NCBI GenBank assembly: GCA_963708235.1
Contig: OY970200.1
Coordinates: 1,713,373-1,777,372 of the forward strand
Direction: 5' to 3'
Origin: an uncultured Acidimicrobiia bacterium
Lineage (GTDB): Bacteria > Actinomycetota > Acidimicrobiia > Spongiisociales > UBA5794
Length of the DNA: 64,000 nt
The position numbers and the translations under genes were made by a program. The notes beneath the pieces are model-generated. The model did no database searches and was not told where the DNA came from. It saw only the letters and a list, made by a program, of their open reading frames with translations. Positions 48,816-61,339 of this stretch are shown in pieces (position 1 is the first letter of the stretch; each line of letters starts with the position of its first letter).

Positions 48816-50010
48816 ATCGCACCCGCGGGTCGAGGACGCCGTAGAGGATGTCGGCCACGATGTTCATCACCACGATGCCGATCCCGATCACCATCACCAC
48901 GGCCATGATCACCGGGTAGTCCACCGAGTTGATGGCGTTGATGTAGAGCCGTCCGATACCGGGCCAACCGAAGATCGACTCGGTGATGATCGCCCCGCCG
49001 ACGATGGCGGCGACGTCCAGCGACACGAGGGTGACGATCGGGATCATGGCGGTCCGCAATGCGTGTTTGACGATGACGGTGCGGCGCGGCAACCCCTTGG
49101 CCTTGGCGGTGCGCAGGTAGTCGCTGTGCATCACCTCGAGCATCGAGGCGCGCTGGAACCGTGAATACTGGGCGATCGAGATGAGGGCGATCGCCAATGC
49201 CGGGAGCACCAGGTGCTGGAGGATGTCGCCGAACTGCTGGAGCGAGGGCAGATCGATCGGACCGAACTGGATCCGGTCGCCGAGGGTGTCGTAGTTGCTA
49301 CTCGTCATCCCGGCGACGTAGAAGGTCTTCACCCCGGTCCATTGTTCGAGCTTGAGCGCAAACACGATCTGGAGTCCGACACCGACGATGAAGATCGGGG
49401 TCGAGAAGGCGACGAACGCAAACGTCGTCCCGAGCTGATCGAAGAAGGAGTACTGCCGGATCGCCTGGTAGACACCGAGCGAGATGCCCACCACCAGGGC
49501 GACCGCCAGTGCAGTCAGCCCGAGCCGGAAGGTGGCGCCAGCTGCGCCGAAGATGAGATCCCACACCGATCCGTTGCCGGCGAAGGACACGCTCCATGCC
49601 AGCGCAAACTCGATCCGACCCTTGGCGAACCACAACGCCCCGAGCCACACCGCCAGGATCGAGAAGGCACGGAAGCTCCGCCACCACACCTTGCGCACCG
49701 TGACCACGAAGACGGCGGCGGTGTAGGCGATCGCTCCTCCGATGGCAACAAGAGGGGCGATCCCGTGGATGGCGATCCGGTCGGTGTCCGGCGAGACGAA
49801 GTTGCGTAGCCAGGTCAGGTACTGCTCGAGCACCGAACGGTCGAGCCCGTAGTACTCGGTGAGCATCGGGATCACGGGCGCCATCCGTGGGTTTCCACGC
49901 AGACGGGTGAGCGGCGAGCCCGACGCCTGGATCAGAAAGAACACCACGGCGCTGAGGGCGAAGAGCGTGATCAGCCCGTAAGCGAGGCGCCGGAGTATGT
50001 ACGCCAACAT
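48808..50010 (-). CDS. peptide ABC transporter permease (OppB/DppB-like)
   Basis: The N-terminus MLAYILRRLAYGLITLFALSAVVFFLIQ is typical of DppB, and it has six TM helices. Confidence 0.8.
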   Translation of the reverse strand: MLAYILRRLAYGLITLFALSAVVFFLIQASGSPLTRLRGNPRMAPVIPMLTEYYGLDRSVLEQYLTWLRNFVSPDTDRIAIHGIAPLVAIGGAIAYTAAVFVVTVRKVWWRSFRAFSILAVWLGALWFAKGRIEFALAWSVSFAGNGSVWDLIFGAAGATFRLGLTALAVALVVGISLGVYQAIRQYSFFDQLGTTFAFVAFSTPIFIVGVGLQIVFALKLEQWTGVKTFYVAGMTSSNYDTLGDRIQFGPIDLPSLQQFGDILQHLVLPALAIALISIAQYSRFQRASMLEVMHSDYLRTAKAKGLPRRTVIVKHALRTAMIPIVTLVSLDVAAIVGGAIITESIFGWPGIGRLYINAINSVDYPVIMAVVMVIGIGIVVMNIVADILYGVLDPRVRYD

Positions 50011-50140
50011 GCCGTGCTCCTACTTCACCCGAGGCTGTGTCACCCTACCAACACCGCCCCCGGCTCGCCGGACCGGAAGAAACGTGGGGCCCGGACGAAC
50101 CGGGCCCCACGTGTGTCGCATCGGTGTTCAACCGGGTCGC

Positions 50141-51964
50141 CTACTGGTCGACGCGGTGCCACTCCTCGATGTTCCAGGTCAGACCGGCGAGGGTCGGGTT
50201 GTGCTTGAACCCGCCGATCTCATCACCCCAGACCGCACCGATATCGAGTCGGGCGTACAGCGGGATGATCACCAGCTCGTCGGCGAGGATGTTCTCCGCC
50301 TCGGCGATCAACGGGATGAGCACGTCCTCGTCGACCGAGGTGTTGAGCTCGGTGCGGATCTCGGCGAACCGCTCGGAGTTCTCGTTGACCAGCGCTGATC
50401 CCTCGGCGCCGAAGTAGTAGTAGTTCTGTCCCTCCGGTGGCGGGTTGTTGGGATCGAACAGATCCATCAGGTCGACAAGACCCGAGAATCCGGGAGTTCC
50501 GACCCATGCCCACTCACCGAGGTCGTAGTTGCCGTTGACGGTGGTCTCGCCGAAGAACAGCTCCGAGTCCTCCAGATCTGCGACGTAGTCGATGCCGACC
50601 GCCGCAAACATGTCGCCGAACAGCTCGGAGAGCTGGACGCGGGCGTCGTTGTTGGAGGTGGTGGTGAACACGGTGGACACCGCATCGACACCCTCCTCCT
50701 CCTTCACCTGCTCGACGAGGTCGCTGGCCAGCTCCGGGTCGTAGTTGTACTGGGCCCAGGCTCCCTGCGACAACGCCGGCGCATACGCCTCGACGAACGA
50801 GTCCATCGGCTCGACCTGTCCGGCCAGCAGCTCGTCGACGACGACCTGGCGGTCGATGGCGTGCGCCACCGCCTGGCGGTAGGTGATGTTGGCGTTCATC
50901 GACTCGGCGTTGCGCTCGAACCGTGATTCGGCGAACGAGAAGGCGAGATGCTCCCAGATCGGACCACTCAGCACCTCGACGACGGCGCCTTCGGGTTCGA
51001 GCGCCTGGAGCGTCTCGATGACGTCGGTGCCCGGGGGCGGGTTGAAGGCGTCGATCTCGCGGGCGCGGAACGCATTGATCAGCGACTCGGTCTCCGGAAT
51101 GAAGCGGAAGGTGACGCTGTCGAGGTAGGGAAGCTGGTCCCCGGTCTCCTCGTCGGTCTTCCAGTAGTTGTCGTTGCGGGTCAGGGTGATGGTCTCACCC
51201 TTCTGCCACGAATCGAAGACGAACGGGCCGGCCGACGGCCAGGGTGCGTCGTTCCAGTCGGTGACGAAATCCGAGCCCTCGACGGCGTGCGCCGGGATGA
51301 GGGGGTGGGTCAGACCGAACAGCAGCTCGTACCCGGTGGTGGGGGCTGCCAGGGTGTAGGTGAACGACTTGTCACCGACCTCGGTGTCGACGATCTGGTC
51401 ATACGTCGCCTTGTCCACCGGGAGGTCCGGGTCGAGGATGGTGTCGAGGGTGAACTGGAAGTCGGCTCCGGAGATGGGGGTTCCATCGGACCACACGGCT
51501 TCCTCGCGGATGTCATAGGTCACCGTCATGGTGCCGTCGTCGTTGAGTACCACGGCGCCGTTCTCCACGGTCGGAAGCTCGGTGACGACCTCGGGGAGCA
51601 GCTCGAGGGTGAAGCCGTCGACTTCCTGTACGCCGGTGTAGTAGCCCTGGCCGACAATGGCGACGATGAAGTTGTCGCCGCCGGGAACATAGGGGTTGAG
51701 GGTGGGGGGTTCCTGGGTGTCACCGACCACGGCGTCGCCACCGTAGGTCTTGCCGCCAGCGGTCGGCGGAGCGGTGGTGGTGGTCTCTGCGACCGTTGTG
51801 GTCGTGTCTCCACCAGGAGCGGCGACGGTGGTCGTCACGTCGGGGGGTGTGGTCGTCGTCGTGTCGCCTTCGGTGTCATCGCCGCCGCATGCGGCAGCCA
51901 CCAGAGCAAAGGCGAGAAGAGCGACCAACCATGCGACCTTGCGGCTGCGCCACATTCGAGTCAA
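50141..51964 (-). CDS. ABC transporter substrate-binding lipoprotein (SBP family 5, peptide/nickel)
   Basis: The signal peptide carries a lipobox (LVAAAC), followed by a T/P-rich linker and the SBP_bac_5 fold. Confidence 0.8.
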   Translation of the reverse strand: MTRMWRSRKVAWLVALLAFALVAAACGGDDTEGDTTTTTPPDVTTTVAAPGGDTTTTVAETTTTAPPTAGGKTYGGDAVVGDTQEPPTLNPYVPGGDNFIVAIVGQGYYTGVQEVDGFTLELLPEVVTELPTVENGAVVLNDDGTMTVTYDIREEAVWSDGTPISGADFQFTLDTILDPDLPVDKATYDQIVDTEVGDKSFTYTLAAPTTGYELLFGLTHPLIPAHAVEGSDFVTDWNDAPWPSAGPFVFDSWQKGETITLTRNDNYWKTDEETGDQLPYLDSVTFRFIPETESLINAFRAREIDAFNPPPGTDVIETLQALEPEGAVVEVLSGPIWEHLAFSFAESRFERNAESMNANITYRQAVAHAIDRQVVVDELLAGQVEPMDSFVEAYAPALSQGAWAQYNYDPELASDLVEQVKEEEGVDAVSTVFTTTSNNDARVQLSELFGDMFAAVGIDYVADLEDSELFFGETTVNGNYDLGEWAWVGTPGFSGLVDLMDLFDPNNPPPEGQNYYYFGAEGSALVNENSERFAEIRTELNTSVDEDVLIPLIAEAENILADELVIIPLYARLDIGAVWGDEIGGFKHNPTLAGLTWNIEEWHRVDQ

Positions 51965-52019
51965 GGTTTGCCTCCTTATCGGATGCTTCAGGGCTTCAGG
52001 AGGCGGGACAACACTCTGG

Positions 52020-52253
52020 TTAGCGCCACATCCACGTCAGAGTGAAGGTGGTGATAGCGAAGGCGAGCGCGGCGATCACCGTGAGGCGATCGAGGTTGCG
52101 CTCGACCACGGTCGAACCGGAGAAGCTGCCGCTACTCATTCCCCCACCGAACATGTCGGACATGCCGCCGCCTCGACCTGCATGGAGCAGGATGAGGAAG
52201 ATCAGCCCGAGGGAGATGAGCGCATGCAGCGCTGCAACGAGGTTGGCCAGCAA
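52020..52253 (-). CDS. secG: preprotein translocase subunit SecG
   Basis: 77 aa with two TM helices and a Gly-rich loop (GRGGGMSDMFGGGMSSG). It lies downstream of tpiA, as in the conserved cluster. Confidence 0.85.
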   Translation of the reverse strand: MLANLVAALHALISLGLIFLILLHAGRGGGMSDMFGGGMSSGSFSGSTVVERNLDRLTVIAALAFAITTFTLTWMWR

Positions 52254-52365
52254 CTTGAGAGCCCTTTCTCACAGAGAGACCCGCTCACACAACGGGTCTG
52301 GACTTGTGAGTATGGAGGGTAACCCCAACCGGCGCAAGTCTCGCGCCCCGGGTCCACCGGTGGTA

Positions 52366-53115
52366 TCAGCCCCGGGTTGCCTGCTCGGCGACGGCACGGG
52401 CCGCAGCGGCAACCTCGTCGGGATCTCCCAGGTACCCGCTCGACACCGGCCGAAGGTCGTCGTCGAGACGGTAGACGAGCGGGACCCCGGTGGGGATGTT
52501 GAGATCGACGATGACCTCGTCCGCCACCCCGTCGAGATGTTTGACCAGAGCCCGCAGGCTGTTGCCATGGGCAACCACCAGCACCCGCTGTCCACTGCGG
52601 AGATCGGGGACGATGGCGTCGTACCAGTAGGGCAGCATCCGCTCCACGACATCGGCGAGACATTCGGTTGCCGGGAGCACCTCGGGAGGCAGCCAGGAAT
52701 AGCGAGGGTCGTGCCGTGGGTGGCGTTCGTCGTCCAGATCGAGTGGAGGTGGGGGGATGTCGTAGGCGCGGCGCCACACCTGGACCTGTTCCAGACCGTG
52801 CTGGGCCGCCGTCTCCGCCTTGTCGAGACCTTGGAGCGACCCGTAGTGACGTTCGTTGAGCCGCCAGTGCTTCTTCCATCCGATCCAGCCGAGACCCATC
52901 TCCCCGAGGGTGATATGGGCGGTGTCGATGGCCCGGGTCAGCAGCGAGGTGTGGAGCACGTCGAACCCGAGACCTTCGTCGGCGAGCAACCTGCCGGCGC
53001 GGACGGCTTCGGTGCGGCCCTGCTCGGTAAGCGGCACATCGGTCCACCCCGTGAACAGGTTCTCGAGGTTCCAGGTGGATTGACCGTGACGGAGAAGGAC
53101 GAGATCGGTAGTCAT
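52366..53115 (-). CDS. gpmA: 2,3-bisphosphoglycerate-dependent phosphoglycerate mutase
   Basis: It has [12 protein letters not shown] (catalytic His) and the dPGM-family C-terminus. Confidence 0.85.
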   Translation of the reverse strand: MTTDLVLLRHGQSTWNLENLFTGWTDVPLTEQGRTEAVRAGRLLADEGLGFDVLHTSLLTRAIDTAHITLGEMGLGWIGWKKHWRLNERHYGSLQGLDKAETAAQHGLEQVQVWRRAYDIPPPPLDLDDERHPRHDPRYSWLPPEVLPATECLADVVERMLPYWYDAIVPDLRSGQRVLVVAHGNSLRALVKHLDGVADEVIVDLNIPTGVPLVYRLDDDLRPVSSGYLGDPDEVAAAARAVAEQATRG

Positions 53116-53203
53116 GGGCCCAGTGTGTGCGAAAACCGCCTACCGAGGCAAATTGCGGCGGGGTCGTGGCCCGGAGAGACCGGGACGGCGGTCGCCACCC
53201 GGC

Positions 53204-53656
53204 TCAGACGGAAGGGGCGTTGGGTCGGTGCCGACGCCGCTCCGTCGCCAGCGTCGCCCTCCGCACCTGCCAGGTGGGGGTGCGCAGACCCGACCAGGCG
53301 TTCAACTCGGGGCGGAGACGGAGTTCGTCGCCTGCGGGCAACAGCCCACGATGGTAGGCGCCGGCGTCCCGGATCGCCCGTCCCAGCAAATCGCGGGCTT
53401 CGGTCTCGGCCATCCGCCGGTCGGCGTCGCCGAGTGTCACCTCGATGGTGACGCGATCACGGTCGAGATCGGATTCGGTGCGCACTTCCCTCACCTGACC
53501 GTATCCGGCAAGGTCGTCGCATACCTCGCCGACATGGTCGAGGAACGTCTCCGGTTCGGATTCCCATGGCACCCGCCGGTGAACCGAGAACTCGAAGCGC
53601 ACCGAACAGTCCATCGTCTGACCTGTCATTTCTCCTGCCCTACCCGAGAACACCAC
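53204..53656 (-). CDS. hypothetical protein (~140 aa)
   Basis: The ORF lies between tpiA and gpmA and has no recognisable motif. The likely start is at the internal Met MTGQTMDCSV. Confidence 0.35.
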   Translation of the reverse strand: MVFSGRAGEMTGQTMDCSVRFEFSVHRRVPWESEPETFLDHVGEVCDDLAGYGQVREVRTESDLDRDRVTIEVTLGDADRRMAETEARDLLGRAIRDAGAYHRGLLPAGDELRLRPELNAWSGLRTPTWQVRRATLATERRRHRPNAPSV

Positions 53657-53734
53657 CGGCAGCAGCGTCCCATCATCACCTCGACCCGGATATGGGTTCG
53701 CCGACCCAATGGCAGCCGGGAAACCACCGGGTGC

Positions 53735-54499
53735 CTACAGCCAGTACCGGACGATGGCGGCGAAGGTATCCGGGTCGAGCGACGCTCCCCCGACCAGCGC
53801 CCCGTCGACATCGCGCTTCGCCATGATCCCGGCGATGTTCCCGGGGTTCACCGAACCCCCGTACAACACCCGTACCGAGTCCGAGGCGTCACCCCATGAC
53901 TCCGACACCGTCGCCCGCACCGATGCCGCCATCGAGCCGGCATCATCGGCCGATGCGGTTCGCCCCGTCCCGATCGCCCAGATGGGCTCGTAGGCGATGA
54001 CCAGACCCGCCACCTCATCGGCGCTGAATCCGGCGAGCGATCCGAGCACCTGCTGCGAGACCACCGTCTCGGCGTCTCCGGCATCGCGCTGGTCGAGCGT
54101 CTCCCCGACGCAGAGGATCGGGGTCATCCCGGCACGCAGGATCGCCTTGACCTTGCGATTCACCATCTCATCGGTCTCGCCGAAGAGTTGGCGCCGTTCC
54201 GAGTGACCGGCCAGGACATACGACACCGACAGCTTCTTCAGCATCTCGGCGGAGATCTCTCCCGTGAACGCCCCCGACTCTTCCCAATGGCAGTTCTGGG
54301 CGCCCAGTGCGATCGGGAGCTGGTCGGTCTCGATGACCGTCTGCGCCGATCTCAGGGCGGTGAAGGGCGGGCACACCACCACATCGACCCGGTCGTGATC
54401 CTCCGGTTCGACCCGGTAGCTCAGCTTCTGCACCATCTGGATCGCATCCAGATGCGAGGCGTTCATCTTCCAGTTGCCGGCGATCAGGTTCTTTCGCAT
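53735..54499 (-). CDS. tpiA: triosephosphate isomerase
   Basis: The start was trimmed to ATG 54499 ([13 protein letters not shown]), with AAGGAG upstream. Contains [11 protein letters not shown] and GGS. Confidence 0.9.
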   Translation of the reverse strand: MRKNLIAGNWKMNASHLDAIQMVQKLSYRVEPEDHDRVDVVVCPPFTALRSAQTVIETDQLPIALGAQNCHWEESGAFTGEISAEMLKKLSVSYVLAGHSERRQLFGETDEMVNRKVKAILRAGMTPILCVGETLDQRDAGDAETVVSQQVLGSLAGFSADEVAGLVIAYEPIWAIGTGRTASADDAGSMAASVRATVSESWGDASDSVRVLYGGSVNPGNIAGIMAKRDVDGALVGGASLDPDTFAAIVRYWL

Positions 54500-54539
54500 C
54501 TGTGCTCCTTGGATCGTGCTGTGGCGGTGTGGTCTCTCA

Positions 54540-55712
54540 TCATCCCCACGCCTCGAGCGCCGCAACGCCCGGCAGCGTGTTCCCTTCGAGCATCTCGAGA
54601 CCGGCGCCGCCGCCGGTGGAGACGTGGCCGACGTCGTCGTCCCTGCCGAGCAGGCGGATGGCGGCGACGCTGTCACCGCCGCCGACCACGCTGAATCCCG
54701 GGCACTCCGCCACCGCTTCGGCGACTCCGGCGGTGCCGCTACGGAACGCTTCCCATTCGAAGACTCCCATCGGACCGTTCCAGAAGAGACGCTCGGCGCC
54801 GGATATCACCTCGCTGAAACGGGCGATCGACTCGGGTCCGATGTCGAGGCCCATGGTGCCGGAGGGAATGGCGTCTGCGGCGACGGTGTGATGCTCGGCA
54901 TCGGCCGCAAAGCGGTCGGCCACCACGATATCCACCGGCAGCATGATCTTGTCGCCGTATTCGGCGAGCAGTTCGGCCACCTCGTCCATCCGATCGTGAT
55001 CGACCAGCGAGTCCCCGATCTCGGCACCGCCGGCCGCCAACATGGTGAAGCACATCCCACCACCGACCAGCATCTGATCGACTCGCGGCAGCAGGTGACG
55101 CATCACACCGAGTTTGTCCGAGACCTTGGCTCCTCCCAGGACCACGACGTAGGGGCGGGCCGGATCGTCGAGGAGCTTGTTCAGTGCTTCGACCTCGGCG
55201 GCCAGCAGCAGCCCGGCCGCCGACGGCAGGCGCTCCGCCACCCCGACCGTGGAGGCATGGGCACGGTGCGCCGACCCGAAGGCGTCGAGGACGAAACGGT
55301 CGGCGAGACCGGCGAGCGCATCCGCCAGCTCCGGGTCGTTGGCGGTCTCCCCGGTGGCGAAGCGGGTGTTCTCCAACACCGCAACCACATCGTCGGGGAG
55401 CGATCCGATGGCGGCGATGACCTCGTCGCCCACCACGTCGGGAAGCTGGTAGGTGGCGAAGCCGCCCAGCTCACCGAGCCGGGCCGTCACCGGAGCCATG
55501 GAGAACTCCGGATCGTGACCTTTCGGTCTGCCCAGGTGGCTGCAGACGATCACCCGCGCCCCCCGACTCCGCAGTGCGCTGATCGTGGGCAGTGACGTCG
55601 AGATCCGGTAGTCGTCGGTGATGGCGCCGTTGCTCAGCGGGACGTTGAGATCGGAACGCACCAGGACCGTACGGCCCTCCACATCGAGGTCGGCGACGAG
55701 GGGAATCGTCAT
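54540..55712 (-). CDS. pgk: phosphoglycerate kinase
   Basis: The start was trimmed to ATG 55712 (MTIPLVADLDVEGRTVLVRSDLNVPL). It has the Pgk N-terminal signature. Confidence 0.9.
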   Translation of the reverse strand: MTIPLVADLDVEGRTVLVRSDLNVPLSNGAITDDYRISTSLPTISALRSRGARVIVCSHLGRPKGHDPEFSMAPVTARLGELGGFATYQLPDVVGDEVIAAIGSLPDDVVAVLENTRFATGETANDPELADALAGLADRFVLDAFGSAHRAHASTVGVAERLPSAAGLLLAAEVEALNKLLDDPARPYVVVLGGAKVSDKLGVMRHLLPRVDQMLVGGGMCFTMLAAGGAEIGDSLVDHDRMDEVAELLAEYGDKIMLPVDIVVADRFAADAEHHTVAADAIPSGTMGLDIGPESIARFSEVISGAERLFWNGPMGVFEWEAFRSGTAGVAEAVAECPGFSVVGGGDSVAAIRLLGRDDDVGHVSTGGGAGLEMLEGNTLPGVAALEAWG

Positions 55713-55878
55713 CGTTGTGCTCCTATCGCGGGGTACGGAGTACGGGATCCATCGTGGTCGGCCCATCCTGGCAACCTCGGCACTCCGACCGAAAACGTGG
55801 GCCGGAGGGCGGTGGCGCCACCATGCCCCTGCGCCGCCGGCGGAGACACAGGGGCATGGTCGTGGACGGTGAAACGGA

Positions 55879-57956
<2,078 letters not shown>

Positions 57957-57966
57957 CGCTGGTACC

Positions 57967-58920
57967 TCATCCCCCAACCGTACCCGGATCTGGGGTCGCA
58001 GGGTCTGAGGTCGCAGGGTCTGGGCTCGCAGGATCTGGGCCGGCAAGTTCGGGAAGGTCGCGGTGGCGCACCGTGATGTCGGCGTTGCCACCGGAGAGCC
58101 GCCGCCCCAACTCCTCGGATATCGCCACCGAGCGGTGGCGACCGCCGGTGCACCCGATACCGATGGTGAGGTACTTCTTGCCCTCGGCTTCGAATCGTGG
58201 GAGGAGGAACTGGAGCAGGTTCTCGATGTGGTCGAGGAAGGTGCGCGCATCCTCGGTCTCGAACACATAGTCGGCGACCTCGGGATCGAGACCGGTCAAC
58301 GGTCGCAACTCGGGTTGCCAGTGCGGGTTGGGAAGGAACCGGGCATCGAACAGGACATCGACGATGCGGGGCACCCCGCGTTTGAACCCGAAACTGGTCA
58401 GATCGACGCGCATCCGCCGGTCGTCCTGACGATGGGCGAAGGCCCGCTCGAGATGGCGTCGGAGATCGTGGACGTTGAGGTCGGTGGTGTCGACCACGAC
58501 ATCGGCCATACCTCTGATCTCCTCCGAGGCGATCCGCTCCCCCGCAATGGCCTCTCCCAGCGAGGGGGCGCTGAAGGGATGCTTGCGGCGGGTCTCTTCG
58601 AAACGGTGACCGAGCGTGGCGTCGTCGGCGTCGAGAAAGAGCACCGTGGTGCGCACTCCCCTGCCGAGCAGTCCCCGCACCGCCTCGTCGAGGTCGTGCG
58701 GGGTGACGCCGCCGCGGGTGTCGACCACCACCGCCATGCGCGGCAGCCGGCCCTCCACCACCCCGACATGATCGACCACCTCGCCGATGAGGGTCGGGGG
58801 CAGATTGTCGACCACGAAGTAGCCGACGTCCTCGAGGACGTTTGCCGCCTGCGAACGCCCGGCCCCCGACATCCCGGTGACGATGATCACCTGGGGTTCG
58901 ATCGTCGGTTCGTTGCTCAT
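57967..58920 (-). CDS. rapZ: RNase adapter protein RapZ (P-loop NTPase YvcJ family)
   Basis: It has a Walker A (VIIVTGMSGAGRS) and the conserved C-terminal domain. The acidic tail has DPAxP repeats encoded by 15-nt tandem repeats. Confidence 0.85.
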   Translation of the reverse strand: MSNEPTIEPQVIIVTGMSGAGRSQAANVLEDVGYFVVDNLPPTLIGEVVDHVGVVEGRLPRMAVVVDTRGGVTPHDLDEAVRGLLGRGVRTTVLFLDADDATLGHRFEETRRKHPFSAPSLGEAIAGERIASEEIRGMADVVVDTTDLNVHDLRRHLERAFAHRQDDRRMRVDLTSFGFKRGVPRIVDVLFDARFLPNPHWQPELRPLTGLDPEVADYVFETEDARTFLDHIENLLQFLLPRFEAEGKKYLTIGIGCTGGRHRSVAISEELGRRLSGGNADITVRHRDLPELAGPDPASPDPATSDPATPDPGTVGG

Positions 58921-60773
58921 GATCCTCCGGTCGGCTGCCCGTGGAGCACTCTATAGACATCGGCGGCCACCGCAGGCGGCACTACCGTCGCAAGTTCGGC
59001 TTCCTCGGCATCGCGCAGTCGCTTGAGCGACCCGAACTGGCGGAGCAGGGCACGCTTGCGTGCCGGTCCGATCCCGGCGACCTCATCGAGGACCGAGTCG
59101 ACCATCCGTTTGCCGCGGATCTGGCGGTGATAGGTGATGGCGAACCGGTGTGCCTCGTCACGGACCCGTTGCAGGAGGTAGAGCGCCTCCTCGCCGCGAG
59201 GAATCACGACCGGGTCGGTGTGGTGGGGTCGGTAGACCTCTTCGAGTCGCTTGGCGAGACCGACCACGGGGATGTCGAGACCGAGTTCGTCGAGCACCTT
59301 CACCGCCCGTCCGAGCTGGCCGGCGCCACCGTCGATGACCACCAGCGAAGGGGCGTAGGCGAAACGACCCCGCTCCTCGATCGGAGAGCGACGGTCGGCG
59401 AGATAGGCGGTGAAGCGACGCCGCAACACCTCCTCCATCGAAGCGAAGTCGTCCTGCCCGTCCACGGTTCGGATCTTGAAACGCCGGTAGTCCGACTTCC
59501 TGGGGAGCCCGTCCTCGAACACCACCATCGAGGCGACCGTATCGGCGCCCTGGATGGTGGAGATGTCGAAACACTCGATCCGCAGCGGCGGGTCCGGGAG
59601 CGACAGATGCTCCTGGAGGCTGCGCAGGGCACGGGCGCGAGCGTTGTGGTCGCTGCTGCGACGCAACCGGTGCCGGTTGAACTCCTCGCGGGCGTTGGCC
59701 GTCGCCGTCTCCATCAAACGACGCTTTGCGCCGCGCTGCGGCACTCGCAGCGACACCGCGGCGCCTCTGCGGTAAGTGAGCCACTCGGTCCACAGCTGCG
59801 GATCGTCGGGCAGCTCCTGGACCAGCACCTGGCGGGGAGGACGCTCGGACCCGTAGAGCTGACCGATGAGAACCCCCACCATCTCGGCGTTCGACACATC
59901 CTCGACCTTGTCGACCACGGTCGTCTTGCGCCCGGTGACGCGGCCCTTGACGACATGGAGCACCACCAGCGCCGCCTCCAGATCGTCCTCCTCCAGTGCG
60001 ATCAGATCGAAGGTCTCGCCACGTTGTGTCACCAGTTCCTGACGAGCCAGCGCCTTCTCGGCGGCGGCGGCCTGGTCACGCAACCGGGCGGCGGTCTCGT
60101 AGTCCTGACGCTGGGCGGCGGCGGCCATCTCCACCCGCAACCCGCTGAGCACGTCGTTGCGGTCGCCGTCGAGGAACCCGGCGAGCCCGTCGACGAGCCC
60201 GGCGTAGGCAGCGGCATCGACCTCGCCGACACACGGTCCGCTGCAGCGTTCGATGTGGAAGAGCAGACACGGTCGTCCCAGGTTCTGGTGGGTCTCGAAC
60301 TTGCGGTCGGTGCACGTCCGGACCGGGAAGGTCCGCAGCAGCAGATCGAGGGTCTGGCGGATGGCGTACGCCTGGGCATACGGTCCGAAGTATTCGACAC
60401 CCTTGCGGCGCTTGCCACGCATCACCGACGCCCGAGGCCACTCCTGGTACCGGGTGATCGCCAGGTAGGGGAACGACTTGTCGTCACGGAGCCGGATATT
60501 GAACCGGGGGCGGTGCTCCTTGATGAGCGAGTACTCCAGCATGAGGGCGGCCACCTCGCTGTCGGTGACGATCCACTCCACGTTGGTGGCGGTGTCGACC
60601 ATGGCCCGGGTCCGGGCTGCCAGATCGCGCGCAAAATACTGGACGACACGTTTGCGCAGCGATTTCGCCTTCCCGACGTACAGCACCGCATCCTGATGGT
60701 CGCGGAAGAGGTACACACCGGGCGAGTCGGGGATCGATGCGCTCGTAGGGCGCTTCACCATCAGGCGGCTCAT
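58917..60773 (-). CDS. uvrC: excinuclease ABC subunit C
   Basis: The start was trimmed to ATG 60773 (MSRLMVKRPTSASIPDSPGVYLFRD...). It has a GIY-YIG N-terminus, a UvrBC-interacting domain and an RNaseH-like/HhH C-terminus. There is an ATGA overlap with rapZ. Confidence 0.9.
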   Translation of the reverse strand: MSRLMVKRPTSASIPDSPGVYLFRDHQDAVLYVGKAKSLRKRVVQYFARDLAARTRAMVDTATNVEWIVTDSEVAALMLEYSLIKEHRPRFNIRLRDDKSFPYLAITRYQEWPRASVMRGKRRKGVEYFGPYAQAYAIRQTLDLLLRTFPVRTCTDRKFETHQNLGRPCLLFHIERCSGPCVGEVDAAAYAGLVDGLAGFLDGDRNDVLSGLRVEMAAAAQRQDYETAARLRDQAAAAEKALARQELVTQRGETFDLIALEEDDLEAALVVLHVVKGRVTGRKTTVVDKVEDVSNAEMVGVLIGQLYGSERPPRQVLVQELPDDPQLWTEWLTYRRGAAVSLRVPQRGAKRRLMETATANAREEFNRHRLRRSSDHNARARALRSLQEHLSLPDPPLRIECFDISTIQGADTVASMVVFEDGLPRKSDYRRFKIRTVDGQDDFASMEEVLRRRFTAYLADRRSPIEERGRFAYAPSLVVIDGGAGQLGRAVKVLDELGLDIPVVGLAKRLEEVYRPHHTDPVVIPRGEEALYLLQRVRDEAHRFAITYHRQIRGKRMVDSVLDEVAGIGPARKRALLRQFGSLKRLRDAEEAELATVVPPAVAADVYRVLHGQPTGGS

Positions 60774-61339
60774 GGTAGGGCGCCGACCGCAGGTAACCGC
60801 ATGACGGAACCCGACCGTGAAGAGGTGGCACATGGAGAGGTGGCCGGGCCGTTGGGCCCGGCCACCGATCGGAGAAGATCGGCAGTGGGAGGGCAGGGAA
60901 CGCCGTCGATGAATCGACGTGCGACCCTCTTTACGACGATCGTGGCGTGAGGCTGCAGCCTGGATGTCGCCAATCCCCTGCCCTTTCGGACCGGAGTGCG
61001 CGAGTGGCGTCACCGCAGTGGTGCTACAGCCACCGATCATCGTCCTCCTACGCCAACCTCCTTCGAGAATCGGAGCCTTCCACCTACGGATAGGCGAAGG
61101 CCTACCTCATCGTTCCCCATGGATAGTGACCCCACGCCCCCCGACGTGGTGCCTACCACGACCACACTATGGCGCGGTGATCGACGAATCTGAATGGGTC
61201 GGCCGCACCAAATGTCTAGACCACACCCGGAACCCGTGCTGGGCGGTCGATTCCCACGCAGTACACACCCCCGCTACCGGGGTGATTCCCGGTAGCCGCG
61301 CCGCCGATACAACGGCGATCCCGCCCCGGCGACTGCGCC